Positions 63,901-64,000 of a stretch of 64,000 nucleotides of DNA are shown here, one piece after another. Origin of the DNA: Eledone cirrhosa (Eukaryota); assembly GCA_964016885.1 (NCBI GenBank), contig OZ024742.1:120962001-121026000 (forward strand), given 5' to 3'. The notes beneath the pieces were generated by a model that ran no database searches, had not been told where the DNA came from, and was given only the letters and a program-made list of their open reading frames with translations. The translations under genes and the position numbers were made by a program. Each line of letters starts with the position of its first letter. The stretch's first letter is position 1.

Positions 63901-64000
63901 CGCACCACACTATCATTACACACCACACTAACATTACACACCACACCAACATTACATACAACACTAACATTACACACCCCACTAACATTACACACCCCAC
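57908..64000. repeat. 18-bp minisatellite (>6 kb, runs off the window end) with variant units
   Basis: Consensus ACACTAACATTACACACC; occasional 19-bp units shift the frame; about 335 copies by length. Confidence 0.97.

Noticed and set aside
57789-64000. Long ORFs (up to 528 aa) of MLVWCV / VCNVSV repeats
   Set aside because: Artefact of a stop-free 18-bp unit; frames shift at 19-bp units; no gene structure.
57908-64000. Telomeric or subtelomeric repeat
   Set aside because: No TTAGGG-type motif, and the unit is traceable to RTE coding sequence.

Overview
AT-rich, repeat-saturated animal genomic DNA. The tRNA-headed CORE-type and Nin/Deu-type SINEs with RTE-derived tails and the (ATC)n/(TA)n density suggest a coleoid cephalopod such as Octopus (inference). 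No complete protein-coding gene is visible. There is a possible host exon at 1-165; the rest looks intronic or intergenic. It is filled with SINEs, decayed RTE, CR1, CRE and Penelope retroelements, a mariner remnant, hAT and piggyBac-type MITEs, a complete non-autonomous Helitron and two large minisatellites. The main finding is a very young non-coding insertion at 32852-34583, built from apparently identical 467-bp units that each carry a minimal type I hammerhead ribozyme. It is arranged as 2.0 units head-to-head with 1.7 units and flanked by a 17-bp direct repeat. This fits a retrozyme-like circular-RNA element inserted by twin-primed reverse transcription. Several unrelated hammerhead-bearing pieces and a Penelope RT/GIY-YIG remnant lie in the same window. 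Both large satellites have traceable origins: the 71-bp unit contains a SINE-derived patch and the 18-bp unit derives from RTE coding sequence. All alignments and folds were done by eye, so boundaries are approximate.
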